This document shows positions 37,499-49,900 of a DNA stretch of 64,000 nucleotides, one piece after another. Under the pieces are notes generated by a model. That model had not been told where the DNA came from. It did not search any database and was given only the letters and a program-made list of their open reading frames with translations. The position numbers were made by a program, and so were the translations under genes. Source of the stretch: Octopus sinensis (Eukaryota); assembly GCF_006345805.1 (NCBI RefSeq), contig NC_042998.1, positions 22,878,001 to 22,942,000 of the forward strand, given 5' to 3'. Every line of letters starts with the position of its first letter. Position 1 is the first letter of the stretch.

Positions 37499-37942
37499 TC
37501 TTTTATTCGTTTATTTGTTTCAGTCATTTGACTGCGGCCATGCTGGAGCACCACCTTTGGTCAAGCAAATTAACCCCAGGACTTATTCTTTTGCAAGCCT
37601 AGTACTTATTCTATCAGTTTCTTTGCTGAACTGCTAAGTTATGGTGACATAAACTCATCAACATTGGTTGCCAAGCAATGGTGGGGGGGACAAACACAGA
37701 CACACAAACATATACATACACACACACACATACACACAGACACACACACACACACACACACACACCACACACACACATACACACATATATATATATTTGA
37801 TAGGCTTTTTTCAGTTTCCATCTACCGAATCCACTCACAAGGCTTTGGTTGGCCCGAGGCTATAGTAGAAGACATAGTGGAACTGAGTGCAGAACCATGT
37901 GGTTGGTAAGCAAGTTACTTACCACACAACCACTCCTGCACC
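37499..37942 (-). mobile_element. SINE family A
   Basis: Consensus match with small internal deletion. Confidence 0.85.
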
Positions 37943-38438
37943 TATCTATATAAGAGAAATGGAAAATGGAGACAAACACACAAGATGTTATTTAAACCTT
38001 TTATAACACTGACATTTATGTTTCGATGGATACATTAATATTAATTTGGAAGGGAAAAATAAGGTGGAATAATGTATTTCTCCAGATCTTTCCTTGAAAA
38101 TTAAACATAGAGACATATGTGTGTGTGTTTATATATATATTATATATATATATATATATATATGTTTATATATATATGTATATATGTATGTATGTATGTA
38201 ATGTATGTATGTATGTATGTATGTACGTGTCTTTTGTCTGTGTTTGTCCCCACTACCATCACTTGACAATGATGTTGGTGTGCTTACATTCCTGTAACTT
38301 AGTGGTTTGGCATAAGAGACCAATAAAATAAGTATCAGGCATACAAAGAATAAGTTCAGTGGTTGATTTCTTCGATTAAAAGGCAGTGCTCCAGCATGGC
38401 CCTAGTCAAATTGACTGAAACAAGTAAAAGAATAAAAG

Positions 38439-40554
38439 TATATATATATAAAATCTGTTCTGTCTGTCTGTTTGTGCACTTATAACTCAAGTATTGTTCA
38501 CCCGATTGCCCTGAAATTTAAAACATGAGAGAGTGGGGCATTCTGTAATTTAAAAAGATTTTCAAAATTGTTAGTTTCAAAGTGAGAATCGCTAGTTTTA
38601 TAATCTTTATGTCCAGCTTGTTCCACCATTAAAACAACCAGTTTCTCAGACAGCCAACACATACCATTTCGCTAACAATAAGGGGAGTACAGGATGACAG
38701 TCAGTCAAAACCGTCACTATGCTGTCTCTCTTCTTTCCTCTCTCTGTAGGGTTAATATAATCTTAATCTTTAGTTACAGTTTCTCATTCAAACTACATAA
38801 TAGGCAGAATTGTTAGATTAAGACATTAGGGTGTTTTGAGGGAGATTTGGCTGCTATTTTTACCAGGTCTAGCTACAATGTAGAAGCTCCTTCATTGGCT
38901 TATACATACATATAATATAAATAAAATACTTAAAGCAACAGGCATCAGATACAAAAGCCAAGTTCCATGTAATATCACGGGCCAAAAAAATTTCCAACTT
39001 CTTGCCTAATGCAAGCCCAGAGCAATCTGTTATCTCTTACCCAATTTCAGTATTTATTATGTCTGTATGTCTGATACTGTTCTATATATTTTATATGTAT
39101 TCCTTATGCTTTCCAAAATTGAGATACAGATTTTGACGTTTGGGATATCAAAAGATTCAGTACTATTTTGGCTACAAATTTAACTTAATTTCCATTCACA
39201 TATTTGCATTTCAAAAATGTAACAAAATCTTTTCCATAAATCATCTATCGTAAAAATTTTGTACGATGATGTCACATTTTCTATAAGTGTTTATACCTTA
39301 AAAGACATTAATCATCACGACACACACCTTCACTCACTCACTCTATCTCTTTCTCTCCCTCTTTCTCTCTTACATACACATGCACAAGCATGCACGCACA
39401 CACACACACACACATACATACACACACACATGTCCATTTCATATAGACATGCATACATCTCTCACTTACTTTCTCTGTTCTTTTCGTTTTATCTTCTTTC
39501 AATTTCTGCTCACTTGAAATAAAATTTTTATAGATACAACAACTTACAAAAATAGGGATTAATGTATAATTTCTTTCTATGTTCATAATTTTTGTTTACA
39601 ACATTGGGAAAAATATGCCACCAAAGAAAAGATGTAATCTCCCCAGAAACAAGTATAAATCAAGGAGGATTGTAGAAAACCGAAGGCAAGAGTCTGAAGA
39701 GAGAAGCTAGACGAGATTTTCTCAAGATCTGCAAATGCATGTTGCAGCACTTAATGCTGGATCATTAAATCAATGTTTTAATGAATAGCTCTCAGAAACA
39801 GACTATGTACAAATTCGTTCTTCACAACTCCTGAAGCTGTTTTCAGATATGATCCATCCCATTCTTATAAAAATAATAACTCTGTCCAAATTGGTGTACT
39901 CAACACAAATTGTCTTTTCTGTAGAGCTTTAAAATTTTCAAATGAAACAAATGGTATGTGCTGCTCAGGTGGTCAGGTAACATTGCCAGCACTACCTGCT
40001 CTTCCTCAACCTCTTATGGATCTTTTAGAAGGCATTTCCATCGAATCAAAGAATTTTCTGAACGATATCAGACAATACAACTCTGCAAATGACATCGTTT
40101 GGTGCATCTAAGAAGATAGATAAACATGAATTTACGACAATGTCAAAGTTCAAGGGCATGTCTATCACCCCATTGGTTCCCTGTTACCCACAAATGAACA
40201 ACTACAGTTCCTCCAAATTTACTTTATGAGTGATGTAGGACAACAAACCCGAAGGAGGTGTCAACATTTCAGATGATGGGTCATGTTAGACAGTGCCGAC
40301 AGCTGTAAAAGAGAGTATATCCACTGACAGCTTCTTGGTGCATTTAAAAATCACATAAACCCTACAGGTTAGGGTGTGAAATACTCCAAACAGACGCATA
40401 GCATGTTGCTTAGTCAAATTAGCCCATCAGTTACTCCACAAACGTTTTGTTGTCAATGCTGCACTTTCCCATTTCTCCTGTTTCAACATAACTGTATTAT
40501 CATCATACAAACTATGCCATTTTAATACTGAGCAACGCCGGGTATCTCTGCTAG
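38439..40554 (+). mobile_element. Internally deleted Helitron with Rep N-terminal coding remnant (about 39835-40235)
   Basis: Remnant reads AVFRYDPSHSY..QIGVLNTNCLFCRALKFSNETNGMCCSGGQVTLP..SKNFLNDIRQYNS..MTSFG..KVQGHVYHPIGSLLP..FLQIYF; 3' end gagcaacgccggg...CTAG|T. The 5' boundary is less certain. Confidence 0.85.
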
Positions 40555-40788
40555 TATATCTATAAAGTTATAAATGACAAGAGAAATAGTATGATGGAAT
40601 TTATTTAACCATTTTTCCAATGGTAAAATAAATAAATTTCATTATACTATTTCTCTCATCATTTATAATTTTATACACTCTCAATGGTTTTCTCTTGTAA
40701 GACACTATATATTCTATGTTTCGTAGAATGATACATTAACGAGCTTTTTTTATGAGTACTGGCTAATTAGGTGAAGTCATATATTATG

Positions 40789-40877
<89 letters not shown>

Positions 40878-40881
40878 TATA

Positions 40882-41292
40882 CTCTTTTATTTCTTTCAGT
40901 CTTTTGACTGCAGCCATGCTGGAGCACTGCCTTTAGTTGTGCGAATCAACCCAGGGTCTTATTCTTTGTAAGCTTATTACTTATTCTATTGGTCTTTTTT
41001 GCTAAACAGCTACGTTACGGGGAACATAAACACACCAACATTGGTTGTCAAACAATGGTGGGTGGGGTACAAACACAGACACATGCATACATATATATAT
41101 ATATATATTATATATATATATATGTATACGATGAGCTTCTTTCAGTTTCCGTCTACCAAATCCACTCACAAAGCTTTGGTTGGCCCAAGGCTATAGTAGA
41201 AGACACTTGCCCAAGGTGCCATGCAGTGGAACTGAACATAGAACCATGTGGTTGTTAAGCAAGCTACTTACCACACAGCCACTCCTGTGCCT
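40882..41292 (-). mobile_element. SINE family A, full length
   Basis: Consensus match. Confidence 0.9.
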
Positions 41293-41325
41293 ACATATGT
41301 ATATATATATATATAATATATATAG

Positions 41326-41356
<31 letters not shown>

Positions 41357-41401
41357 TGCATTTATATATATATTATATATATATGCACACACACACACAT
41401 A

Positions 41402-41712
41402 GGCAAAGTTGCCAAGTTCCTTTGGAGTGTTGGGCCTCTTGTAGGCAATGACCAAGACCTTTGGCATTATGTTGTGCTTGAGAAGAAAACCCATCAAGCC
41501 AAGCAAAATTGCAGTTGTGGCAGACACTAGTGTCATGCAAATGGCACCCGAGCCAATGGCATGTAAAACCACCTATTACACTCTCAGAGTGGTTAGTGTT
41601 ATGAAGGGCATCCAGCTGTAGAAAACCATGCCAAATCAGACTGGAGTCTGGTGCAGCCCTGGTCAAACTGGCCAACACATGCCAGCATAGACAACAGATG
41701 TTAAATGATGAC
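41402..41712 (+). mobile_element. RTE 3' end, divergent subfamily of C
   Basis: gaagggcatccagctgtagaaa...gttaaatgatga terminus with a different upstream UTR. Confidence 0.65.
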
Positions 41713-41939
41713 ACACATAAATAAATAAATATATATAGATAGATAGGCAGACAAACAGACAGACAGATAGATACACACTTATGTTTCCATATATATCTGT
41801 GTGTAGGGTGTATAGTCATACCCCTCCAGCATAAATGCTATGCACTTTCAGTCAGCATGTCTAGAGCGCCATCAATCCTACCAAGTAGAATAGTCAATGC
41901 AAACCGTTGGAATGTTTTTGCATTATAGATAGATATAGA

Positions 41940-42007
<68 letters not shown>

Positions 42008-42041
42008 TAGATAGATAGATTGATAGATCTATCTATGTATC

Positions 42042-42097
<56 letters not shown>

Positions 42098-42104
42098 CAT
42101 AGAA

Positions 42105-42333
42105 AGGTGGTGAGCTGGCAGAAACGTTAGCAAGCTGAGCGAAATGCTTAGTGGTATTTCATCTGCTGTTATGTTCTGAGTTCAAATTCCACCGAGGTCG
42201 ACTTTGCTTTTTATCCTTTCGGGGTCGATAAATTAATTACCAGTTACGCACTGGCGTCGATGTAATCAACTTAATTTCTTTGTCTTTGTTTGTCCCCTCT
42301 ATGTTTAGCCCCTTGTGGGAAATAAGGAAATAA
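42105..42333 (+). mobile_element. SINE family B
   Basis: Consensus match. Confidence 0.85.
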
Positions 42334-42903
42334 GATAGATAGATAGATTAGATAGATAGATACAGATAGATAGATAGATGAATAGATAGATAGATAGATA
42401 GACAAGCATACCTTGGCTTAAGTCGTTTCGATTTAAGTCATTCTTGATTATACAACAGTTTTCAAAAATAATATATGGAAAAATAAAAATCAATTTAAGT
42501 CATTTTACTCAACTTTATGTCTATCCGCCACAAATATTGGAATCATAAAATCACTATTAAACCATTAAAAGCACATAAAACCATGATATTGAACAATAAA
42601 TAAGAATAAAAGCATATAAAATCATATTAAAATATGTACAGCAAATGTTAAGATACACACCATAAAGTAATGTAGTTTATTGAACGCATCGAACAAGAAC
42701 AGCCAGAGTCAGTTGTTGATGTTGATGATCCACAGCCATCTACATCCGTAATGTAAACCATAAGTTGTATGTACATATTGGTAGATTTTAAATAATTTGT
42801 TTTACTATTGCAAAATAATAATTATTATGGAATTTGTTTTTAAGCTTAAAAAAGGCTTTTATTTTACCATGTCTTATTGCAAACCTTATTCATAAATAAA
42901 GTG

Positions 42904-43162
42904 GAGGCGAGTGGCTTAGTGGTTAGGGTGTCAGCACCATGATCATAAGATTGTGGTTTCGATTCCTGGACCGGGCGACGCGTTGTGTTCTTGAGCAAAA
43001 CACTTCATTTCACATTGCTCCAGTCCACTCAGCTGGCAAAAATGAGTAACGCTGCAATGGACTAGCGTCCCATCCAGCTGAGGAATACATACGCCTTTGA
43101 CACTGGGAAACCGGGCCCATGAGCCTGGCTAGGCTTTAAAAGAGCGCATTAATTTTTTGATT
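42904..43162 (+). mobile_element. SINE with D-type tRNA/CORE head and V-SINE-like tail
   Basis: 18-bp TSD ttattcataaataaagtg (42886-42903, 43163-43180); tail ctgcaatggactagcgtcccatccag...gaaaccgg. Confidence 0.85.
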
Positions 43163-43377
43163 TTATTCATAAATAAAGTGCCCCCATTGTACGGTAAACA
43201 CCACCAAATTGTATTCGTAAAGTTAGATTACTCTTTTTTACTGTACTGTATTAAAAAATAAAAATCTTTTGTTTGTAAGCTTAAAATAGGTTTTTATTAA
43301 CCATTGTAATACCAAAAATGTAGAACTGGGAATGATTATTATCGGTTTAGCATAGAGACAAGTTAATTCAACTTAAG

Positions 43378-44491
43378 TTGTGTCTTCTGGAACCAATTAT
43401 ATACATCGTCAGAGTGTAAGTACCTTGAGAGAAAAGTTGAACCTAAGAAGCATCAGTTGTGGTGTGCAAGAGAGACGGCTGCGCTGGTATGGTCATATGA
43501 CGAGAATGGCTGAAGATAGTTGTGTGCAAAAGTGCTACACCCTAGCAGTTGAGGGAACCTGTGGAAGAGGTAGACCCAGGAAAACCTGGGACGAAGTGGT
43601 GAAGCACGACCTACGAACTTTAGGTCTCACCAAGGAAATGACTAGAGACCGAGACCTATGGAAGTATGCTGTGCGTGAGAAGACCCGGCAAGACTAGTCA
43701 GGCCATAACCCGTGGCCCCTACCTGGGACGTAGTCAGTTCACCTGTGCATACCTTCCTTCTTGTGACACGTGTGAAGACCTGTTGAGGCAAGTGAAAATC
43801 AAACAAAATCAAAATAGATGAACATCAATGGAATTTGTATCTTTGTGGTACCAGTGCCGGTGGCACACAAGAAAACCATCCGAACGTGGCCGTAGCCAGT
43901 ACCGCACCGACTGGCCTCCATGCTGTGGGCACGTAACAATCACCATCCAATCGTGGCCGATCGCCAGCCTAATCTGGCTCCTGTGTCGGTGGCACATAAA
44001 TAAAAAAAAACACCATCCGAGCGTGGTCGTCTGCTAGCCTTGTCTGGCACCTGTGTCGGTGGCACATAAAAACACCATCCGAGCGTGGCCGTTCGCCAGC
44101 CTCGTCTGGCACCTGTGTCGGTGGCACATAAAAACACCATCCGAGCGTGGTCGTCTGCCAGACTTGTCTGGCACCTGTGTCGGTGGCACATAAAAACACC
44201 ATCCGAGCGTGGCCGTTCGCCAGCTTCGTCTGGCACCTGTGTCGGTGGCACATAAAAACACCATCCGAGCGTGGCCGTTCGCCAGCCTCGTCTGGCACCT
44301 GTGTCGGGGGCACATAAAATCACCCACTACACTCTCGGAGTGGTTGGCGTTAGGAAGGGCATCCAGCTGTAGAAACACTGCCAGATCTGACTGGCCTGGT
44401 GCAGCCTTCGGGCTCCCCAGACCCCAGTTGAACCGTCCAACCCATGCTAGCATGGAAAGCGGACGTTAAATGATGATGATGATGATGATGA
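43378..44491 (+). mobile_element. 5'-truncated RTE-clade LINE: ORF C-terminus, long 3' UTR with 62-bp tandem units, (GAT)n tail
   Basis: ORF 43380-43697 RRLRWYGHMTRM...GRGRPRKTWDEVVKHDL...RDLWKYAV is a typical RTE C-terminus. Confidence 0.92.
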
Positions 44492-44871
44492 TATATATAT
44501 AGGGTAACCCAGAAACATTCATATCTTAACAGTTTAGATCTTAATTATAAAATAGTATGAAACCATTATTCTATGCTAATTTAGTTAATTTTGTCAAGCT
44601 CCCTTTTCAGTTTGTAAGATAGCAATTTAAATGTAATAAAATGTTTCATAAGAAATTTAAAGTCCCTATGTGATAACTGTAAACCTACTTTTGGGCCACC
44701 CTGCATATAATATATGTATGTATATATATATATTGCCAGATCAGACTGGGCCTGGTGCAGCCTTCTGGCTTCCCAGGCCCCAGTTGCACCGTCCAACCCA
44801 TGCCAGCATGGAAAGCGGATGCTAAATGATGATGATGATGATGATGATGATATATATATATACATACTGTT

Positions 44872-45162
44872 GTGTCTGGGGAGAGTCATTTTATTTTTGT
44901 GCCTTATAATGTAACAAACTCACCGGTAAAATTTCCACCTATTTCTTATTTTTATTTTCCTAAAATTTTCATTGCGTCTTGCAACCTTTTCAATTGTCTT
45001 GACTCTTGAGGAAAATAAAAATAAGAAATAAGTTGAAATTTTACCGGTGAGTGTGTTACATAAGGCACAAAAGGTGAATGACTCTCCCCAGACACTACAG
45101 AATATGCTTCAACACACGAACTCATATAAAGAATCTTGCAAACCAAATCCAAAACCGAAATA
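44872..45162 (+). mobile_element. PLE-like terminal repeat (family P2) with divergent inverted copy
   Basis: Arms 44872-44961 and 45009-45095 are reverse complements; partial copies at 1956 and 9470. Confidence 0.75.
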
Positions 45163-45172
45163 TATATATATA

Positions 45173-45575
45173 CTAGCAGTATCGCCCGGCGTTGCTCGGG
45201 TTTGTAAGGGAAATAACTATAAAGCATTTTTAGAGAGTTATGGCCAAAAAATAGCAAAAAAATGCATTAAAAATGGAAAAAAAATTATGGTAAATTTTTT
45301 TTTTAAATCGTTGACTCATCGTAGACATTTTTAGAGAGTTACTTCCCTTATGTAATAGCTAAATAAATGCATTAAGATGGAAAAAAAATTATGGTAATTT
45401 TTTTTTTTAATCGTAGACTCATCGTAGATGCGCGCTAATACCCAGAAGGGCTCGATATGAATCACGACTATAAGATACCCGGTTTTGGTTAAACTGCACC
45501 GCAATTTGTGGGAGTAGTTAGGAATCTAAATCGTAGGAGACAGACAGCACACAACCTTACTTTTATATATAAAGA
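45173..45575 (-). mobile_element. Non-autonomous Helitron H4 (same subfamily as H3)
   Basis: A|TC...CTAG|T on the minus strand; near-identical to 35442-35839. Confidence 0.9.
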
Positions 45576-46340
45576 TACACAGACACAGACACACACACAT
45601 ATATATATAAATGCTGTTATTCCCCCAACTTATGATCAGTCAAGATACTCGTTTATGATGTTACTATTGCCGCCCCCAGATAGTGATATGGTTTGTTTTT
45701 TTTAATATGATATACTCCAATAGCAATGACTAAAAATGGTGCAGCACGACAACTTCAACATGCAGGGAGGTTGCTGTTGGCATTGCATGTTTTCTCCTTT
45801 CCATTTCGTTGCATCACTTAGCGTCGTTCCTTTCAATTTTGGTTCTCAGGTAAGTTTGTTTTTTTTATTGCTATGTGCATTAACCCCATATATTAACCCA
45901 CCAAAAATATAGCAAGCAAACATTAAAGTGACTTTCTGTTGGTAGAGAACGAAAAAAAGGGAAGAAAAAAAAATCAATGAATTTGGAAATAAAATTAAAG
46001 GTTATGGCTCAGCATGAAAGTTGAGAATCTGTTTCAATGCTTTAGATGTGATTTTAGTTCATCCTGTCGATGATGTCTGCCTTTCATGGAGATAAGTGTC
46101 ATATGTGGTGATGCAGGGAAGCTATCCGTTAAATGTGCAATCAATTACCAAAAGCATAAAAAATTTGGAATATTTAAAGAATTTAGAAATAGTAACATGG
46201 ATGGTGGACGAAATCCATAAAAGAACACCTCACAAAAAAGCTAAAGCTAAAGCAAAGATCTTGTTTGAAATCTTAAAGGACTGCACTGATGAATCTACTA
46301 GCATAAACCTATTTAGTGAACCAAAGACGTTTTGGATATA

Positions 46341-46790
46341 GTAATTTCCGCAGTGAAGAAGGGTAAAAATTTCCACAACAAGGAAGTATAATAATTTCCA
46401 CAATAAGGAAGCACAATAGTCTCTACAATAGGGAAGTGTAATAAAGTGTAACTTTATTACACTTCCCTATTGTAAGTGGAAGTGTAACTTCCACTATGAG
46501 GAAGCAGAATATTTTTGGCCATGAGGAATCATAATAATTTCCGCTATGAAGAAGCAGAATAATTTCCACAATGCAGATGCGTGATAATTTCCACACTAAA
46601 GAAATGCAATAATTTCCACAATAAGGAGTGTAACACTTTCCACAATGAGAAGTATAATAATTTCCACAATGAGGAAGCATAATTTTTCAATGAAGAAATT
46701 AAATAATTCCCACAATGAGGAAGATTAATAGTTTCCACAATGAAGAAGCACAATAATTTCCACAATGAGGGAGCATAATCATTTCCGCGA
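46341..46790. repeat. ~24-bp minisatellite (aataatttccacaatgaggaagca), about 18 diverged units
   Basis: Direct reading. Confidence 0.9.
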
Positions 46791-46809
46791 GGCAATGGTA
46801 AAAGCACTC

Positions 46810-47075
46810 ACACATCCGAAATGAGGGAATTCAAGAATGGAAAAGAATGAACAACATCATCACAGAAAACCGAAAGCATAAGTTTCACGGGGCCAGAAAT
46901 TTTGGAAGGTTCACAAACAACAAGTGGACCTGTGCAGTTACTGAGTGGTACCAAAGTGATTGGAAAAGGCCACTTGGAATACGTCTTTGATAACAGGAAG
47001 ATTATTTAGCTAAACAATTTGGGCAAATAAGGAAAAGAAGAATGGAATCAAGGATGAATTTGAAGTACGTTCATT
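46810..47075 (+). pseudogene. Old RTE-type ORF C-terminal relic
   Basis: RNEGIQEWKRMNNII..HKFHGARNFGRFTNNKWTCAVTEWYQSDWKRPLG resembles RTE IRNEEIR..WAGH..RWT..VTEW..KRP.G. Confidence 0.6.
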
Positions 47076-47425
47076 ATCATCATCATCATCGTTTAACATC
47101 TGCTTTCCATGCTAGCATGGGTTGGACGATTTGACTGAGGACTGGCAAACCAGATGGCTGCACCAGGCTTCAATCTTGATCTGGCAGAGTTTCTACAACT
47201 GGATGCCCTTCCTAACGCCAACCACTCCGAGAATGTAGTGGGTGCTTTTACATGCCACCGGCACGAGGGCCAGTGAGGTGGTACTGGCAACAGCCACACT
47301 CAGATGGTGCTTTTTATGTGCCACTTGCACAGGAGCCAGTCCAGCGGCACTGGCAACAGCCTTGCTCAAATGTTTTTTCACGTACTACCAGCACAAGTGC
47401 CAGTAAGGCGACGCAGGTAACGATT
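47076..47425 (-). mobile_element. RTE 3' end (family C)
   Basis: Consensus match. Confidence 0.85.
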
Positions 47426-47639
47426 ATTGTGTATATGTGTTTCTATAGCATTTTTTCCTAGTCTGACATCATACTTTATCACATAGCAAGCTTCCAGATC
47501 ATCTTCACATCCCAGCTGCATTCTGCAAACAAGTCAGCTGTGACAAGCTGTGCTTAATAGGATGTGTTCAAAGTTCCGTTACAGCCATCTCCTTCAATTT
47601 GGATAAACTAAAATTACCATAATCTATTATAGATATAAC

Positions 47640-47976
47640 TGAAGGTGCATAGCTCAGTGGTTAGAGCGCCGTGCTTACAATCGTGAGGTTGTGAGTTTGA
47701 ATCCCGGACCGGGCTGCATGTTGTGTTCTTGAGCAAGACACTTTATTTCACATTGCTCCAGTTCACTCAGCTGTAGAAATGAGTTGCGACATCACTGGTG
47801 CTAAGCTGTATTGGCCCCTTTGCCTTTCCCTTGGATAACACTGGTGGCATGGAGAGGGGAGGCCGGTATGCATGAGCGACAGCTGGTCTTCCATAAACAA
47901 CGTTGCCCAGACTTGTTCCTGGAAGGGTAACTTTCTAGGTGCAATCCCATGGTCAGTCATGACCAAAGGGAGTCTC
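47640..47976 (+). mobile_element. CORE-like SINE family D
   Basis: Consensus match. Confidence 0.85.
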
Positions 47977-48312
47977 AGCAGCATAACTGCAGCACCTAAA
48001 AAAAAGAGTCTCAAAAACTTCTTAAGTGCACATTATACAAATAAGACTTTCCTCGTGCAATGTAAAGATCAAGGCTACAGCTGCTGGTGCCACTGCTCCA
48101 GCATGTGAGACCCTACCAGGAACTTGTGTCCACTGGCATATCTCTCAGGGTCTTCAAGGTATGTAAGACACCACATCACAACCAGGACTGGACTTTGTGG
48201 TGGGTTACCTTCACTAGCTCAGCATTAAACCTAGAAATACTGGACAGAAAATTTGTATCTGCAATGAGGATGCCATTTAAAAAGCAAAATGGATAAAGGT
48301 TCTTCTTCTCTA

Positions 48313-48705
48313 GGCATAGGAGTGGCTATGTGGTAAGTAGCTTGCTTATGAACTACATGCTTCTGGGTTCAGTCCCACTGCGTGGCTCCTTGGGCAAGTG
48401 TCTTCTACTATAGCCTCGGGTCGACCAAAGCCTTTTGAGTGGATTTGGTAGACGGAAACTGAAAGAAGCCCATCATATATATATGTACGTGTGTGTATAT
48501 GTTTGTGTGTCTGTGTTTGTCTCCCCAACATCGCTTTGCAACCGATACTGGTGTGTTTACGTCCCCGTAACTTAGCGGTTCAGCAAAAGAGACTGATAGA
48601 ATAAGTACTAGGCTTACAAAGAATAAGTCCTGGGGTCAATTTGCTCGATTAAAGGCGGTGCTCCAGCATTGCCACAGTCAAATGACTGAAACAAGTAAAC
48701 GAGTA
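48313..48705 (+). mobile_element. SINE family A, full length
   Basis: Consensus match. Confidence 0.9.
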
Positions 48706-49269
48706 AGTCATTTATTAATTTTAAAAAAAGGCTGGTTTCTGGTTCCCATGGCTTATATATTCCCCATTGGACAGAACACTTCTCCATTGATGGATTACTG
48801 ATTTTTGCTAGTTGAGCGAACTGGAACAACATGAAATGAAGTGTTTTGCTCAACACAATTCATCGACCAGTCCAGGAATTGAAACCACACTCTTATAATC
48901 CTGAATCCAACACCCTAACCACTAAGCCATGCACCTCCACTGTACAACATTTTCCAAGACCATAACAAATGTAAATAATTTAATCTGTTCTATTTCATAT
49001 CTGTGCACATGCGCACGCACTCTCAAAACAACCAACAAAAATAGCTTTGACTAATATTGCAGAAATAGAGCAATTTATATGGAGTAACTTTATATTAAAT
49101 AGTGGAATGTGCAATTTCCTGTAATTCAGACTGTTTCATGGTCCCGGCAGACAAAATGGAAAATGTGTTGAGTTAAAATCAAAAATAGGAATTGAGTCAT
49201 AAATGTGTTTCAGTCTGTATCATCCATTTATGTTCTTGTTGTTGGTAACCGCTAAAGAAACAGAAAACT

Positions 49270-49445
49270 CTAATCTCCTTCGAAGTAGGATTCTCTGACT
49301 TCAATGCATGTGTAACAATCCAATCACTTCAAGATGGCCCCATGGATGTCTTCTAATGGAAACGTGTTTTCAACACCCTTGTCACAACCACCTTCGTTTT
49401 CTCAATGTCTTTAAAATGACTGCCCACGAGAAGTGTTTGTACTTC
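49270..49445 (-). pseudogene. Mariner transposase C-terminal relic
   Basis: LLVGSHFKDIEKTKVVVTRVL / LEDIHGAILK*LDCYTCIEVRESYFEGD*. Confidence 0.75.
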
Positions 49446-49446
49446 T

Positions 49447-49900
49447 TCATCATCATCATCGTTTAACGTCCGTTTTCCATGCTAGCATGGGTTGGATGGT
49501 TCAACTGGGGTCTGGGGAGCCAGGAGACTGCACCAGGCTCCAGTCTGATCTGGCAGTGTTTCTACAGCTGGATGCCCTTCCTAACGCCAACAATCCGTCA
49601 GTGTAGTGGGTGCTTTTTATGCGCCACCAGCACAGGTGCCAGATGAGGCTGGCAACGGCCATGATCGGTTGGTGCTTTTTACGTGCCACCAACACGGAGG
49701 CCAGTCAGGGCGGCGCTGGCAACAGCCATGTTCGGATAGTTCTCTTACGTGCCACCAGTACTGGTATCACAACTACAATTTCCATTGATTTTGATTGATT
49801 TCGATTTCACTTGCCTCAACAGGTCTTCGCAAGTAGAGTTTTGTGTCCCAAGAAGGAAAGGTATGCATAAGTGGACTGGCTACATCCCAGGTAGAGGCCA
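49447..49900 (-). mobile_element. RTE 3' UTR (family C)
   Basis: Consensus match including the upstream cttgcctcaacaggtct segment seen at 43780. Confidence 0.85.

Noticed and set aside
43940-44330. CRISPR-like array (also 18870-19575 and 46341-46790)
   Set aside because: Units are contiguous tandem repeats without unique spacers; eukaryotic context with no cas genes.
45720-45856. Plus-strand exon ending CAG|gtaagt
   Set aside because: Strong donor, but no acceptor giving an open frame; peptide unrecognised.
46286-46330. CTGATGA as hammerhead core (also 31426 and minus-strand 12993)
   Set aside because: No stem II followed by GAAA and no stem I pairing.
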